Source: an uncultured Prevotella sp.
GTDB lineage: Bacteria; Bacteroidota; Bacteroidia; Bacteroidales; Bacteroidaceae
DNA length: 64,000 nucleotides
Assembly: GCA_946998205.1 (NCBI GenBank)
Contig: CAMPYJ010000001.1
Location: 56,618-120,617, forward strand
Direction of reading: 5' to 3'
This document shows positions 23,607 to 33,900 of the stretch, in pieces. The translations under genes were made by a program, and so were the position numbers. Every line of letters begins with the position of its first letter. The first letter of the stretch is position 1. Under the pieces are notes generated by a model. That model saw only the letters and a list, made by a program, of their open reading frames with translations. It was not told where the DNA came from and ran no database searches.

Positions 23607-23799
23607 GGGCGGTTCTATAAATTAGCTTTGTCAGATTGCGAGGCTGTTTTTGTGGTCAATTTGTTTGTGAGTGAAGGAGTATAGCGGGCTATACGACTGA
23701 ACGAACAAACAAATTGAACCAAAAAGAGACCGCAAGATGACAAAACGTAAACTGTCCAACATACAAAAAACTTTACGGCGGTAATTTATAGAACCGCCC
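23607..23799 (+). mobile_element. MITE-like element, short form, with a TTAA target-site duplication.
   Basis: It has the inverted repeats and TTAA on both flanks. It lies 37 bp downstream of the helicase gene end. Confidence 0.85.
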
Positions 23800-23836
23800 T
23801 TAAGACATTAAACTGAGCTTACAACCCTCTCTACCC

Positions 23837-26560
23837 TCATTCTTCGAAGAATTGCAGTATTGGCGTCATGAAGGGAGTGATGTCGCGCGGGTGAGAACGA
23901 TTGTAATAGTCAATCCTTGTGGTCGACCAAGCCACATAAAGTCGTTTCTTGGCCCGCGTCATGGCTACATAAAATTTACGTTTGTCTTCGGCCAACAGCC
24001 GTTCGTTGTTTTGATTGTAGTAGTTGGGATAGCGCCCGTCAACGGCATCAAAGATGATGACATTGTCAAATTCCAGTCCTTTTGCCTTGTGAACGGTTGT
24101 CACGAAGATACACTCTTGCAGCGTTTGACTGTTGCACAAGTCGGCCTCTTTCAGCGTGTTTATTTCCGTGACGTATGCCCACAACTGCTCCACCAACGAG
24201 GGTGCCGCTGCCTGGTCAATGACATCATCCGTGAGAAACTGCGTGACATAATGCAATTTATCTTGCGGTTCCAACAGTTTTTCGCTACAAAGAAACGTAT
24301 AAAAACGTTGCATTTCCCGCACCAACACAGGCTCATCGCCAGTTTTTTCTCGCTGATACAGCCGCTGTTTGGCCGCATTGTATATATCTGAATAGTTTTT
24401 TCGCAACACCTCTGCCCGCTTCTTGAACCGCGGATGGCGTATCCATTCCAACTGAGAAGGCACCATGAGTTTGGCTTTTCCATAGCAGTGGCGCACCACA
24501 TTGCACGTTGCGTCAACGTCGGCATCAGCCAAATGGGCGTTTTCTCCTTCCAAATGCAACACCGAGAGCAAGTGCTTGAGCTTGTACTCACGCAGGTTTG
24601 GTTCCAATAACCGAACGAGTTTGAGCGAATCCAGATAGCGTGGACACTGCTCTTTCAACGATATGGCGGGCAAATAGCGTTGCAGATTGAAATCCAGAAT
24701 ATGATAATCGTAGTCAGCATTGTGTCCCAACAGCATGCTGTCGCCCACATAATCCATGAACATCCGCAACCCTTCAGCGTGACTATGCAGCACATGTCGC
24801 TGCATTTCAGCAATCAATGGATTTTCTATCTCTCCCAGTTGTTGCGGGATGTCACGGTCGGTTTCCATAAAAACGACAAACGACGAGCCGGGAACCACTT
24901 TCCCCTGCCGCATCCTGACAGCTGCAATCTGCACGATGTCGTCCTCAAAAACATTCAGTCCGGTGGTCTCTGTGTCGAACACCACAATATCCTGCTGCTC
25001 GTAACACTTTACAAATTCCTGCACATAACTGCTCTCTGGATACGTCAGAAGGTCGGTTGGCAGCATCGCCCTGTCCAACAATCCCCGCACAAAGCCACGC
25101 GCTGCCGCATTGCTCTCAAAGACATGCAGCCCCTTGAACAAGCGTGACCAGCCGATGAAGTTGTGCTCGTTGGTCAAAACATTCAGGTGCGCCAACAGCA
25201 ACTTCACGCCCTGCGAGGCGAACAAATCATCTCCCGACACCTTAAAATGCGATAATGACAAGTCGTTCAACGCCCCGCTCATCAATTCTGCATCGGCATT
25301 GGCACTCACGATGACCGCCGTTGTTTCCGTCTCATCCGCAGCTTTCAACCGAGACACCACATCGGCAACGTCACGATATTCCGAGTCAATGGTCACGCTA
25401 TCCATCACTTGCAACTCATCTCCTTTGCGCTGGGGAAGATAATTGGTCGTTGGCAGCACATTTTTGTCTATTCCCAGCTGCTGTTCGGCATACACATTGA
25501 ACACGTCAAGCAGATATTGAGGTGAACGATGGTTGACAAACAGCCGGTGAAAATGTCCCTCACAACGCTCCCTCAGGGCGTCCAGCGTGCTCATCTTCGC
25601 ACCCATGAACGAAAAAATGGCCTGCTGCTCGTCACCCAGATACATCACGGTGCGGAAGTCGCTGCTTGTAAATCCGTCGACAAGTGCCAGCTGCAACGGG
25701 TTGAGGTCTTGCACCTCGTCAACCTGTATCCAGTCATACCGCTTCAGCTCATGCTTGTCGTCAGCCCGCAACGCATCGTAAGTAAGCATCAACAAGTCCT
25801 CAAAATCCAGCAGCTTGTTCTCTTTTTTGTATGCCATATAATGCCGCGCCTGCTCCATCTTTTTCAGCAAGGCGCCAATGTCACGCTGACTTCCCAGGTC
25901 GTATGCCTCGGTCTGGATAAGGTCCTCGTACACATCCGAATGCCTGAACACATCCAACATCGTGGCAGGCGACATCTCCATTTGCTGCACTTGGCACAAC
26001 GTGAGCAACGCCGTCACGTCCCTTGCCGTCACACATTCAGGGTGTAGACGCAGTTTTTTGGGATGTTCGTACACCAGTTGATGGATGAATCCCGCAAAAT
26101 GGAACACCTCTATATATTCACTTTTCGCTCGATAGTTCGCCTGCACCGCGTATTCATCCTCATCCCGATAGCGAGCCAGGATGCTGAAGGCATCTTCATC
26201 GTCAATAACCGAACTCTCGGCAGGCACCAAACTGTTGTCGAACAAGAATTTGGAACAAAAACGATGCACGTTTCCCACATACACCTCGCTCACGCCCTCA
26301 TCCACAATATGCGCCTCAATACGTTCTTTCATGCCACGGGCAGCGCGGTTGGTGAACGTCAAACACAGCATCTTATCGAACGGCATTCCTTGTTCGTGTG
26401 CCCTGCGAATGCGCTCGGTGAGAATTTGTGTCTTACCGCATCCCGGCGGAGCCAGCACCAGATGATAACCTCCCTCGGCCCGTATCACCTCTTGCTGAAA
26501 CCGGTCGGGCGTAAAAATTGTCTGAATTTCATTCGTGTTCATGGTCTGCGACCTAATCAT
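23837..26560 (-). CDS. UvrD-family DNA helicase with an embedded DnaQ-like DEDDh 3'-5' exonuclease domain.
   Basis: It has a Walker A motif (APPGCGKTQ), motif II (DEVQDL), motif III (GDEQQAIFSFMGA) and a C-terminal motif-VI region (VTTVHKAKGLEFDNVII). The central Exo I (FDTETTG), Exo II (GHNADYDYHIL) and Exo III (HLADADVDATC) motifs sit between them. Confidence 0.75.
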   Translation of the reverse strand: MIRSQTMNTNEIQTIFTPDRFQQEVIRAEGGYHLVLAPPGCGKTQILTERIRRAHEQGMPFDKMLCLTFTNRAARGMKERIEAHIVDEGVSEVYVGNVHRFCSKFLFDNSLVPAESSVIDDEDAFSILARYRDEDEYAVQANYRAKSEYIEVFHFAGFIHQLVYEHPKKLRLHPECVTARDVTALLTLCQVQQMEMSPATMLDVFRHSDVYEDLIQTEAYDLGSQRDIGALLKKMEQARHYMAYKKENKLLDFEDLLMLTYDALRADDKHELKRYDWIQVDEVQDLNPLQLALVDGFTSSDFRTVMYLGDEQQAIFSFMGAKMSTLDALRERCEGHFHRLFVNHRSPQYLLDVFNVYAEQQLGIDKNVLPTTNYLPQRKGDELQVMDSVTIDSEYRDVADVVSRLKAADETETTAVIVSANADAELMSGALNDLSLSHFKVSGDDLFASQGVKLLLAHLNVLTNEHNFIGWSRLFKGLHVFESNAAARGFVRGLLDRAMLPTDLLTYPESSYVQEFVKCYEQQDIVVFDTETTGLNVFEDDIVQIAAVRMRQGKVVPGSSFVVFMETDRDIPQQLGEIENPLIAEMQRHVLHSHAEGLRMFMDYVGDSMLLGHNADYDYHILDFNLQRYLPAISLKEQCPRYLDSLKLVRLLEPNLREYKLKHLLSVLHLEGENAHLADADVDATCNVVRHCYGKAKLMVPSQLEWIRHPRFKKRAEVLRKNYSDIYNAAKQRLYQREKTGDEPVLVREMQRFYTFLCSEKLLEPQDKLHYVTQFLTDDVIDQAAAPSLVEQLWAYVTEINTLKEADLCNSQTLQECIFVTTVHKAKGLEFDNVIIFDAVDGRYPNYYNQNNERLLAEDKRKFYVAMTRAKKRLYVAWSTTRIDYYNRSHPRDITPFMTPILQFFEE

Positions 26561-26682
26561 TTAATAATACAAATTTATCAATTTTTATTTGATTTACCAG
26601 GCATTCTCCAAAAAAATACTATATTTGCAATTGATTTATAGACGTTTAATAACCATTCACTCACAACGTAAACCTATCAAAC

Positions 26683-27582
26683 GTGATGAAAAATAAGAAC
26701 AAAATACAAGCACACAGTGCCGTGATACTGGCCAACGTAATCTTTGGTTTAGGCGTACCCGTTACCAAACTCTTGCTCGACCAATGGGTGTCGCCCATGG
26801 GATACATGCTCACCCGATGTCTCGGCGCTGCGGTGATTTTCTGGATCATCAGTCTGTTCATGCCCAAAGAGCCTGTTCAGCGCAAAGACTTGCTAATCAT
26901 CATGCTGGGCGGTTTGCTTGGATTCGTGGTTTCACAAACGCTCACCGCCTGGGCTTTGGTATACACCACGCCCGTTTACTTCTCACTGATTGCCACGCTG
27001 ACACCCGTCGCCACCATGCTGATGGCGGCAGCTTTTTTGAAAGAGACGATCAATGGCAAGAAGACGATGGGCGTACTCATCGGTATTGCCGGCGCGCTCT
27101 TGATGGTCTTCATGGGCTGGCAGGGCGGCTCGGGAACCAACGACGTGCTGGGCATCTTTCTCACTATTCTGAGTCTGCTCACCTGGGTAATCTATTTATT
27201 GATTACCCGAAACGTTTCTCAGAAGTACTCGGCAGTGACCCAGATGAAGTGGATTTTCCTCGTTTCTACCCTCGCCGTACTGCCATTTGCCGCACCCGAA
27301 TGGGGTCAGCAGAAACTTTTCTCTGCCGCATGGGCCTGGACAGGCGTAGCCGAAATGGCCTTCATCGTGCTGTTCGCCACCGTGATGGGCTACTTCGCCA
27401 TACCGTTCGCCATGCGCTACCTGCCCGCTACCACCGTAAGCATTTACACCAATCTGCAACCGGTAGTCGCTTCGTTGGTAGCCATCTACATCGGACAGGA
27501 TGTGCTGACATGGGACAAACCGGTGGCCGGCATTCTCGTTTTGCTGAGCGCTTATATCATCACCAGAAAGAACGTGGAATGA
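26683..27582 (+). CDS. EamA/DMT-family transporter (drug/metabolite exporter).
   Basis: It has about 10 transmembrane helices arranged as duplicated EamA-type halves. Confidence 0.75.
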   Translation: MMKNKNKIQAHSAVILANVIFGLGVPVTKLLLDQWVSPMGYMLTRCLGAAVIFWIISLFMPKEPVQRKDLLIIMLGGLLGFVVSQTLTAWALVYTTPVYFSLIATLTPVATMLMAAAFLKETINGKKTMGVLIGIAGALLMVFMGWQGGSGTNDVLGIFLTILSLLTWVIYLLITRNVSQKYSAVTQMKWIFLVSTLAVLPFAAPEWGQQKLFSAAWAWTGVAEMAFIVLFATVMGYFAIPFAMRYLPATTVSIYTNLQPVVASLVAIYIGQDVLTWDKPVAGILVLLSAYIITRKNVE

Positions 27583-27587
27583 TAAAA

Positions 27588-27789
27588 GGCTGGTTCTATA
27601 AATTACCACCGCACATAGTCATTAAATGTTTATGAAATACGTTTTGTTATCTTTTGGCTTCTTTTTGGTTCAAAATGTAAGTTCGTTCAGTCGTGTAGCT
27701 CGCTACACTCCTTCACTCTCTTGCATTTTGACCTCAAAAATAAGCTCAAAATCTAACAAAGCTAATTTATAGAACCAGCCAAACCACGA
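27588..27789 (-). mobile_element. MITE-like element, a diverged short copy.
   Basis: The repeats are degenerate (GGCTGGTTCTATAAATTA...TAATTTATAGAACCAGCC). It starts 6 bp after the EamA stop codon. Confidence 0.7.
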
Positions 27790-27819
27790 AAACACGCAAA
27801 AATCGTACACATCACCACT

Positions 27820-28179
27820 ATGCTCATCGTACACAACCGGCTGATACCCTTCAAAAATTATGACGCCATCAACATTCTGGGAATGTTGTTTTGCCGCAAG
27901 GGAACGACCATCACGGCCGACCTTATCCAGCATGAGCGCATCCATACCCGACAGATGATTGAACTGGGATTTGTATTCTTCTATCTTTTCTACGTCATCG
28001 AGTGGCTCGTTCGCCTGCCGATGAGCGGGCGCGCCTACCTCAACATTTCGTTCGAGCGTGAAGCGTACAGGCACATGAACGACCCCGACTATTTGCTCAA
28101 CCGACGGCCTTACGCTTGGATGGGCTATTTGAAAAAGCCAACCAAACACGGCACGAAACCCACCAGAAAATCAAATTAA
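27820..28179 (+). CDS. Small hypothetical protein with an HExxH motif and a hydrophobic segment.
   Basis: It has the motif ...LIQHERIHTRQ... followed by a transmembrane-like stretch (ELGFVFFYLFYVIEWLV). It loosely resembles minimal zinc-metallopeptidase-like domains. No confident family was recognised. Confidence 0.35.
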   Translation: MLIVHNRLIPFKNYDAINILGMLFCRKGTTITADLIQHERIHTRQMIELGFVFFYLFYVIEWLVRLPMSGRAYLNISFEREAYRHMNDPDYLLNRRPYAWMGYLKKPTKHGTKPTRKSN

Positions 28180-28393
28180 AAACGGGACTCACAGCCCCAA
28201 TGGATAGCATCCCACAAAGGCCGCCAACCAATAACGTTGACTTTGAACGCCAATCCCATACACTTTGGATCCCAAAGTCATAGAGATTGACCTCCAAAGT
28301 CAATGCTTTTAATTTCACAAGGTAATGAAGAAGAGAATATGAGGATATGCTGTACTTCAACAGAAGTAAATAACAGACTTTGTATCAATTGGT

Positions 28394-29509
28394 TTATAAG
28401 ACGTACGGTATCAGCAAATCATCACCAGCCAACGACACTTTCAAGCGATATTTATCAGTGCGCTCCACATGCATGAGTTGCTTGGGGGCGGTAGACTTAG
28501 GTTCCGTCAATGCCAAGGCCACATGCCCCATGGTACGGCGGAGGTTGAGTTCGACACAAGGATGGATGCACAATTCGGCCCGATTCTCCAACCTCACCAC
28601 CATCATGTCGATGCCAAACGGCCCTGCGTATTTGCCTTTGAAGAGCGAACCCACCAGCGAGATGACATGCTCTTGAATGAAATCGAGCAGTTCGAGGGGC
28701 ACATACCGCGCCATGATTTGGCGCTTCACCGACTCCGAAGCAATAATGTTGCCCGTATAGGCACCATGAACCGTTGAGAACAGTGACAGACCAAGGTACG
28801 ACACGCTGCCGCTGTCCATGGCCATGAATTCCATCCCAAAATCACAGACCTTATTATATTGCGGCTCAATCATGACGCCGCCCTGCTTCTTGATGAGGTT
28901 TCGGCACCACCCTTCAACATGATCGCTGAAATCATGGTCAACATATCTCAACCCCCTACCGCTACTGCTCCAGGGTGCCTTCAATACAAATCGCCCGCCA
29001 TCGGCCATGAGCAGGCCGGACAACTGAGCGGCATCGCCCGAGAAAAAAGTGCTGGTTCCTACAAAACGCTCGTGTGATGCTGCAAGAACAGGCAGCAAAT
29101 GGGTTGCAGCAAACGTGCGACTGCTCAGCTTGCGCATAACATCCAATTGCTTGGCCGTAGGCACTGTTTGCCTGAACGTCGCGTTGGAGGACACCAGATA
29201 GTGGCACAACGCCCTGTCCCATCCCCACGGCTCAACCTTGACAGTTGAGAAATCGATGGGAACACGGCACAAATCGGCATGCGAGATAAACAGCACATCA
29301 TGTGCGAAACGACCAAGATGACGCACCGATTCGAGCGCCGAAGCCACGTCATCCACCAGCACCATGTCACCGTCGTCAGCCCACAGGGCCGGCAGATAGC
29401 TCAGGTCGGCGCGCAACTCGCGCGCGGCATGCGGAGCCGTGAAAGCATCCGTGTCGCTCGCCAACGCCACATCGTGTTCAGGATTGAAGACATGTAATTT
29501 CATCATCAA
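28394..29509 (-). CDS. ATP-grasp-fold protein, hypothetical.
   Basis: The motif FVLKAPWSSSGRGLRYV resembles the ATP-grasp phosphate-binding loop. The remainder is unassigned. Confidence 0.4.
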   Translation of the reverse strand: MMMKLHVFNPEHDVALASDTDAFTAPHAARELRADLSYLPALWADDGDMVLVDDVASALESVRHLGRFAHDVLFISHADLCRVPIDFSTVKVEPWGWDRALCHYLVSSNATFRQTVPTAKQLDVMRKLSSRTFAATHLLPVLAASHERFVGTSTFFSGDAAQLSGLLMADGGRFVLKAPWSSSGRGLRYVDHDFSDHVEGWCRNLIKKQGGVMIEPQYNKVCDFGMEFMAMDSGSVSYLGLSLFSTVHGAYTGNIIASESVKRQIMARYVPLELLDFIQEHVISLVGSLFKGKYAGPFGIDMMVVRLENRAELCIHPCVELNLRRTMGHVALALTEPKSTAPKQLMHVERTDKYRLKVSLAGDDLLIPYVL

Positions 29510-29637
29510 AAAGTAACTTTTTCAAAACTGGGCACAAAAATAAAAAAAAAGATGATATTTTGCAATATAGAGTTTGCAATTATAGAAATAAATCGTATCT
29601 TTGCAGTGACGATTACGCAATTTAACAGGATTTAGAA

Positions 29638-30825
29638 ATGGAATCTTTCTTCCGCACCCATAAAAACCTTGTAGAGCACACCAAAGCGCCAGTTCGTCGA
29701 ACCCTCATGGATGAGATTGACTGGAACGACCGCTTGATAGGCATCAAAGGAACGCGGGGCGTGGGAAAGACTACTTTCTTGTTACAATACGCGCAAGAAA
29801 GGTTCGAGAGTACAGACCACCGCTGCCTGTACATCAACATGAACAACTTCTATTTCCAAGGCTGCGGAATAGATGATTTTGCGAAACAGTTTGTCCAACA
29901 GGGCGGTAAGGTTCTGCTCATCGACCAAGTGTTCAAACAGCCCAAGTGGAGTGAGGAGCTAAGGCGATGCTACGACCGCTTCCCGGAGTTGAAGGTAATC
30001 TTCACCGGCTCGAGCGTGATGAGGCTCAAGGAAGAGAATCCCGAACTGAACGGCATCGTGAAGAGTTACAACCTGCGGGGCTTCTCGTTCCGCGAGTTTC
30101 TCAACCTCAAGACCAACAACCAGTTCTCGCCATACACGCTTGACGAGATACTCACGGGACACGAACACATCATCAAGCAAATCCTGCCAAAGGCCAGTCC
30201 CGCGAAATACTTCATGGACTACATACACCATGGCTTCTACCCTTTTTTTCTGGAGAATCGCAATTTCTCGGAGAATCTGCTGAAGACCATGAACATGATG
30301 ACGGAGGTTGACATCCTGCTGATCAAGCAAATCGAGCTGAAGTACCTCACCAAAATCAAGAAACTGTTCTATCTGCTGGCCACGGAAGGACAGTGTGCGC
30401 CCAACATCAGCAATCTGGCGCATGAGATACAGACCAGCCGCGCCACGGTGATGAATTACATCAAATACCTGGCCGACGCCCGGTTGATCAACATCATCTA
30501 TCCCATAGGCCAGGATTTCCCGAAGAAACCCACCAAAGTGATGATGCACAACACCAACCTGCAGTACGTCATCTATCCGAACAAGGCGGAAACACAGGAC
30601 TTGATGGAGACCTTCTTCGTAAACTGCATGTGGAAAGACCATGCGGTGAACCACTCCGGCAAAGACCGCTTCTACATGGTAGACGGCCGGCGGAAGTTCA
30701 GAATCTGCGACGCGCAATGCGAACATAAGACACATTATAGCACCGATACCGTCTACGCCCGATACAACACCGAGGTGGGACAAGACAACCGCATCCCGCT
30801 GTGGCTGTTGGGCTTTCTGTATTGA
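29638..30825 (+). CDS. AAA-family ATP-binding protein with a DUF4143-like C-terminus.
   Basis: It has a Walker A (GTRGVGKTT) and a Walker B-like motif (LLIDQVF). This layout is common in Bacteroidales. Confidence 0.6.
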   Translation: MESFFRTHKNLVEHTKAPVRRTLMDEIDWNDRLIGIKGTRGVGKTTFLLQYAQERFESTDHRCLYINMNNFYFQGCGIDDFAKQFVQQGGKVLLIDQVFKQPKWSEELRRCYDRFPELKVIFTGSSVMRLKEENPELNGIVKSYNLRGFSFREFLNLKTNNQFSPYTLDEILTGHEHIIKQILPKASPAKYFMDYIHHGFYPFFLENRNFSENLLKTMNMMTEVDILLIKQIELKYLTKIKKLFYLLATEGQCAPNISNLAHEIQTSRATVMNYIKYLADARLINIIYPIGQDFPKKPTKVMMHNTNLQYVIYPNKAETQDLMETFFVNCMWKDHAVNHSGKDRFYMVDGRRKFRICDAQCEHKTHYSTDTVYARYNTEVGQDNRIPLWLLGFLY

Positions 30826-30947
30826 GAGACGGTGGCAACGAATCAAGAATAAGCGAACAGATAAAGACAGCGACGAAAGAACAAGAACAACAGTGAAGGT
30901 TTAAAAGATTCATACGAAACATTCATTCATATTTTATTTTTAACAAA

Positions 30948-33900
30948 ATGGCAAAAGAAAAAAAGTTTATCACTTGTGATGGTAACGAAGCCGCAGCTCA
31001 TATCAGCTACATGTTTTCTGAGGTGGCTGCCATCTACCCCATCACCCCATCTTCTCCTATGGCCGAGCACGTTGACACATGGGCTGCCAAAGGACGAAAG
31101 AACCTATTCGGACAAACCGTTACGGTACAAGAAATGCAGTCGGAGGGAGGCGCAGCCGGCGCCGTTCATGGCTCTCTCCAGTCGGGTGCGTTGACCACGA
31201 CCTATACAGCATCGCAGGGCTTGCTGCTCATGATACCAAACATGTACAAGATAGCTGGCGAACAGCTGCCTTGCGTCATCAACGTCACGGCGCGCACCAT
31301 CGCGACGCACTCGTTGTGTATCTTCGGTGACCACTCCGACGTGATGGCTTGCCGCCAAACCGGTTTTGCCATGTTCTGCTCCGGATCCGTTCAAGAAGTG
31401 ATGGACTTGTCGGCAGTACCCCATTTGGCCACATTAAAGACCAGCATACCCTTCATCAATTTCTTTGACGGATTCCGCACCTCTCATGAGTATCACAAAA
31501 TTGAGCTGATTGACGAAGAGGAAATCAAGAAGCTGGTTGACTATGACGACATCAAGCGTTTCCGCGACCGCGCAATGACGCCTGAACGGCCGGTGACACG
31601 CGGCACGGCCGAAAACCCGGAGACATTCTTCACGCACCGCGAAGCATGCAACAAGCATTACGAGGACGTGCCGGAAGTAGTGGAAGGCTATCTGAAACAA
31701 ATATCCGAACTTACCGGCCGCGAATATCACATCTTCTCCTATTACGGCGCCGAGGATGCGGAAAACATCATCATCTTGATGGGATCGGCTACCGAGGCTG
31801 CCCGCGAGGTGATTGACCACCAGCTGAAGGAAGGAAAGAAGGTAGGAATGATTTCAGTACACCTTTATCGTCCATTCTCCGTCAAGCACCTGTTGGCCGC
31901 AGTGCCCAAGACCGTAAGGCGTATTGCCGTGTTGGATCGCACGAAAGAGCCGGGCGCCGAGGGCGAGCCGCTGTACCTGGACGTGAAGAGCGCTTTCTAT
32001 GACGTAGAAAACAAGCCACTGATCGTGGGTGGACGCTACGGACTTGGTTCGGCAGACATCACGCCGAGCCACATCATCTCCGTGTTCAACAACCTGGAGA
32101 TGAACGAGCCGAAGAATCACTTTACGGTAGGTATCGTTGATGACGTGACCTTTACTTCGCTGCCATTGCTCGAAGACATTCCCCTGGGAGCAGAAGGAAC
32201 GTTCGAAGCCAAGTTCTATGGCCTGGGCGCTGACGGTACCGTAGGCGCCAACAAGAACTCCGTGAAAATCATCGGTGACAACACCAATAAATATTGTCAG
32301 GCCTACTTCTCGTACGACTCGAAGAAGTCAGGAGGTTTCACCTGCTCACACCTTCGTTTTGGAGATCAGCCCATTCATTCTACCTACAAGGTAATCACAC
32401 CAAACTTCGTGGCTTGCCACGTTCAGGCATACTTGAGAATGTATGACGTGATTCGCGGTCTGCGCAAGAATGGCACATTCCTTCTGAACACCGTCTTTGA
32501 GGGAGAAGAGTTGGCAAACTTCATTCCGAACAGACTGAAGCGCTACTTCGCTCAAAACAACATTACCGTATACTACATCAACGCGACGAAGATTGCTCAA
32601 GAAATTGGTTTGGGCAACCGTACCAACACCATTCTCCAGAGTGCCTTCTTCCGCATCACCGAAGTCATCCCCGTTGACCTTGCGGTAGAACAGATGAAGA
32701 AGTTCATCGTGAAGTCGTACGGAAACAAGGGTCAGGACATCGTTGACAAGAACTATGCCGCCGTAGAACGTGGCGTGGAGTATCAGCAATTGACGGTTGA
32801 CCCGGCATGGGCAAACCTTGCAGATGATGAAGAAGCTCCTGAAGAGGATGTTCCGGCATACATCAAAGAAATCGTACGCCCCATCAACGCGCAGAATGGC
32901 GATTTGCTGAAAGTGTCCGATTTCGTAAAATACGACATGGTAGACGGCACCATGCTGAACGGTTCGGCTGCCTACGAGAAGCGCGGCGTTGAAGCATTCA
33001 ACCCCGAATGGACATCCGAAAACTGCATCCAGTGCAACAAATGTGCCTACGTTTGCCCCCACGCAGCCATTCGTCCGTTTGTATTGGATGAGGAAGAAAT
33101 GAAGGGATTCGATGACAAGACACTGACCATGAAGGTTCCAAGACCGATGGCAGGCATGAACTTCCGCATCCAGGTAAGCGTGCTCGACTGTGTGGGATGC
33201 GGTAACTGCGCAGATGTATGTCCTGGAAACAAACTTGGTAAGGCGTTGAAAATGGTGCCTTTTACGCACGATGAGAAGATGATTGGAAACTGGAACTACC
33301 TCACCAAGAATGTAAAGAGCAAGCAGCATCTTATCGACATCCAGAGCAATGTGAAGAACTCGCAGTTTGCACAACCGTTGTTTGAGTTCTCCGGCGCATG
33401 CTCAGGATGTGGCGAAACGCCTTATGTAAAATTGGTTTCACAATTGTTTGGCGACCGTGAAATGATTGCTAACGCAACAGGATGCTCATCCATTTACTCC
33501 GCATCACTGCCTTCTACGCCCTACACGACCAACGACGAGGGCAAAGGTCCAACCTTCGCAAACTCACTGTTTGAAGACTTCTGCGAATTTGGAATGGGTA
33601 TGTCTTTGGGAAACAAGAAGATGCGTAACCGCATCTCTCTCCTGCTCAATCAATTGACTGAAAAAGACGATACCTCGAACGAGTTGAAAGAAGCCGCACT
33701 GAAGTGGCTGGAAGTGAAAGACGACGCTCAAGGTTCTAAAGAAGCTGCTGCTCAGCTCAAGCCACTTATCAAAGCGTGCGCAGAGAAAGGTTGCGGTATC
33801 TGCAAAGAACTGATGACGCTTGAGCACTACCTCATCAAACGCTCACAATGGATTATCGGTGGTGACGGTGCTTCGTATGACATCGGTTTCGGCGGGCTCG

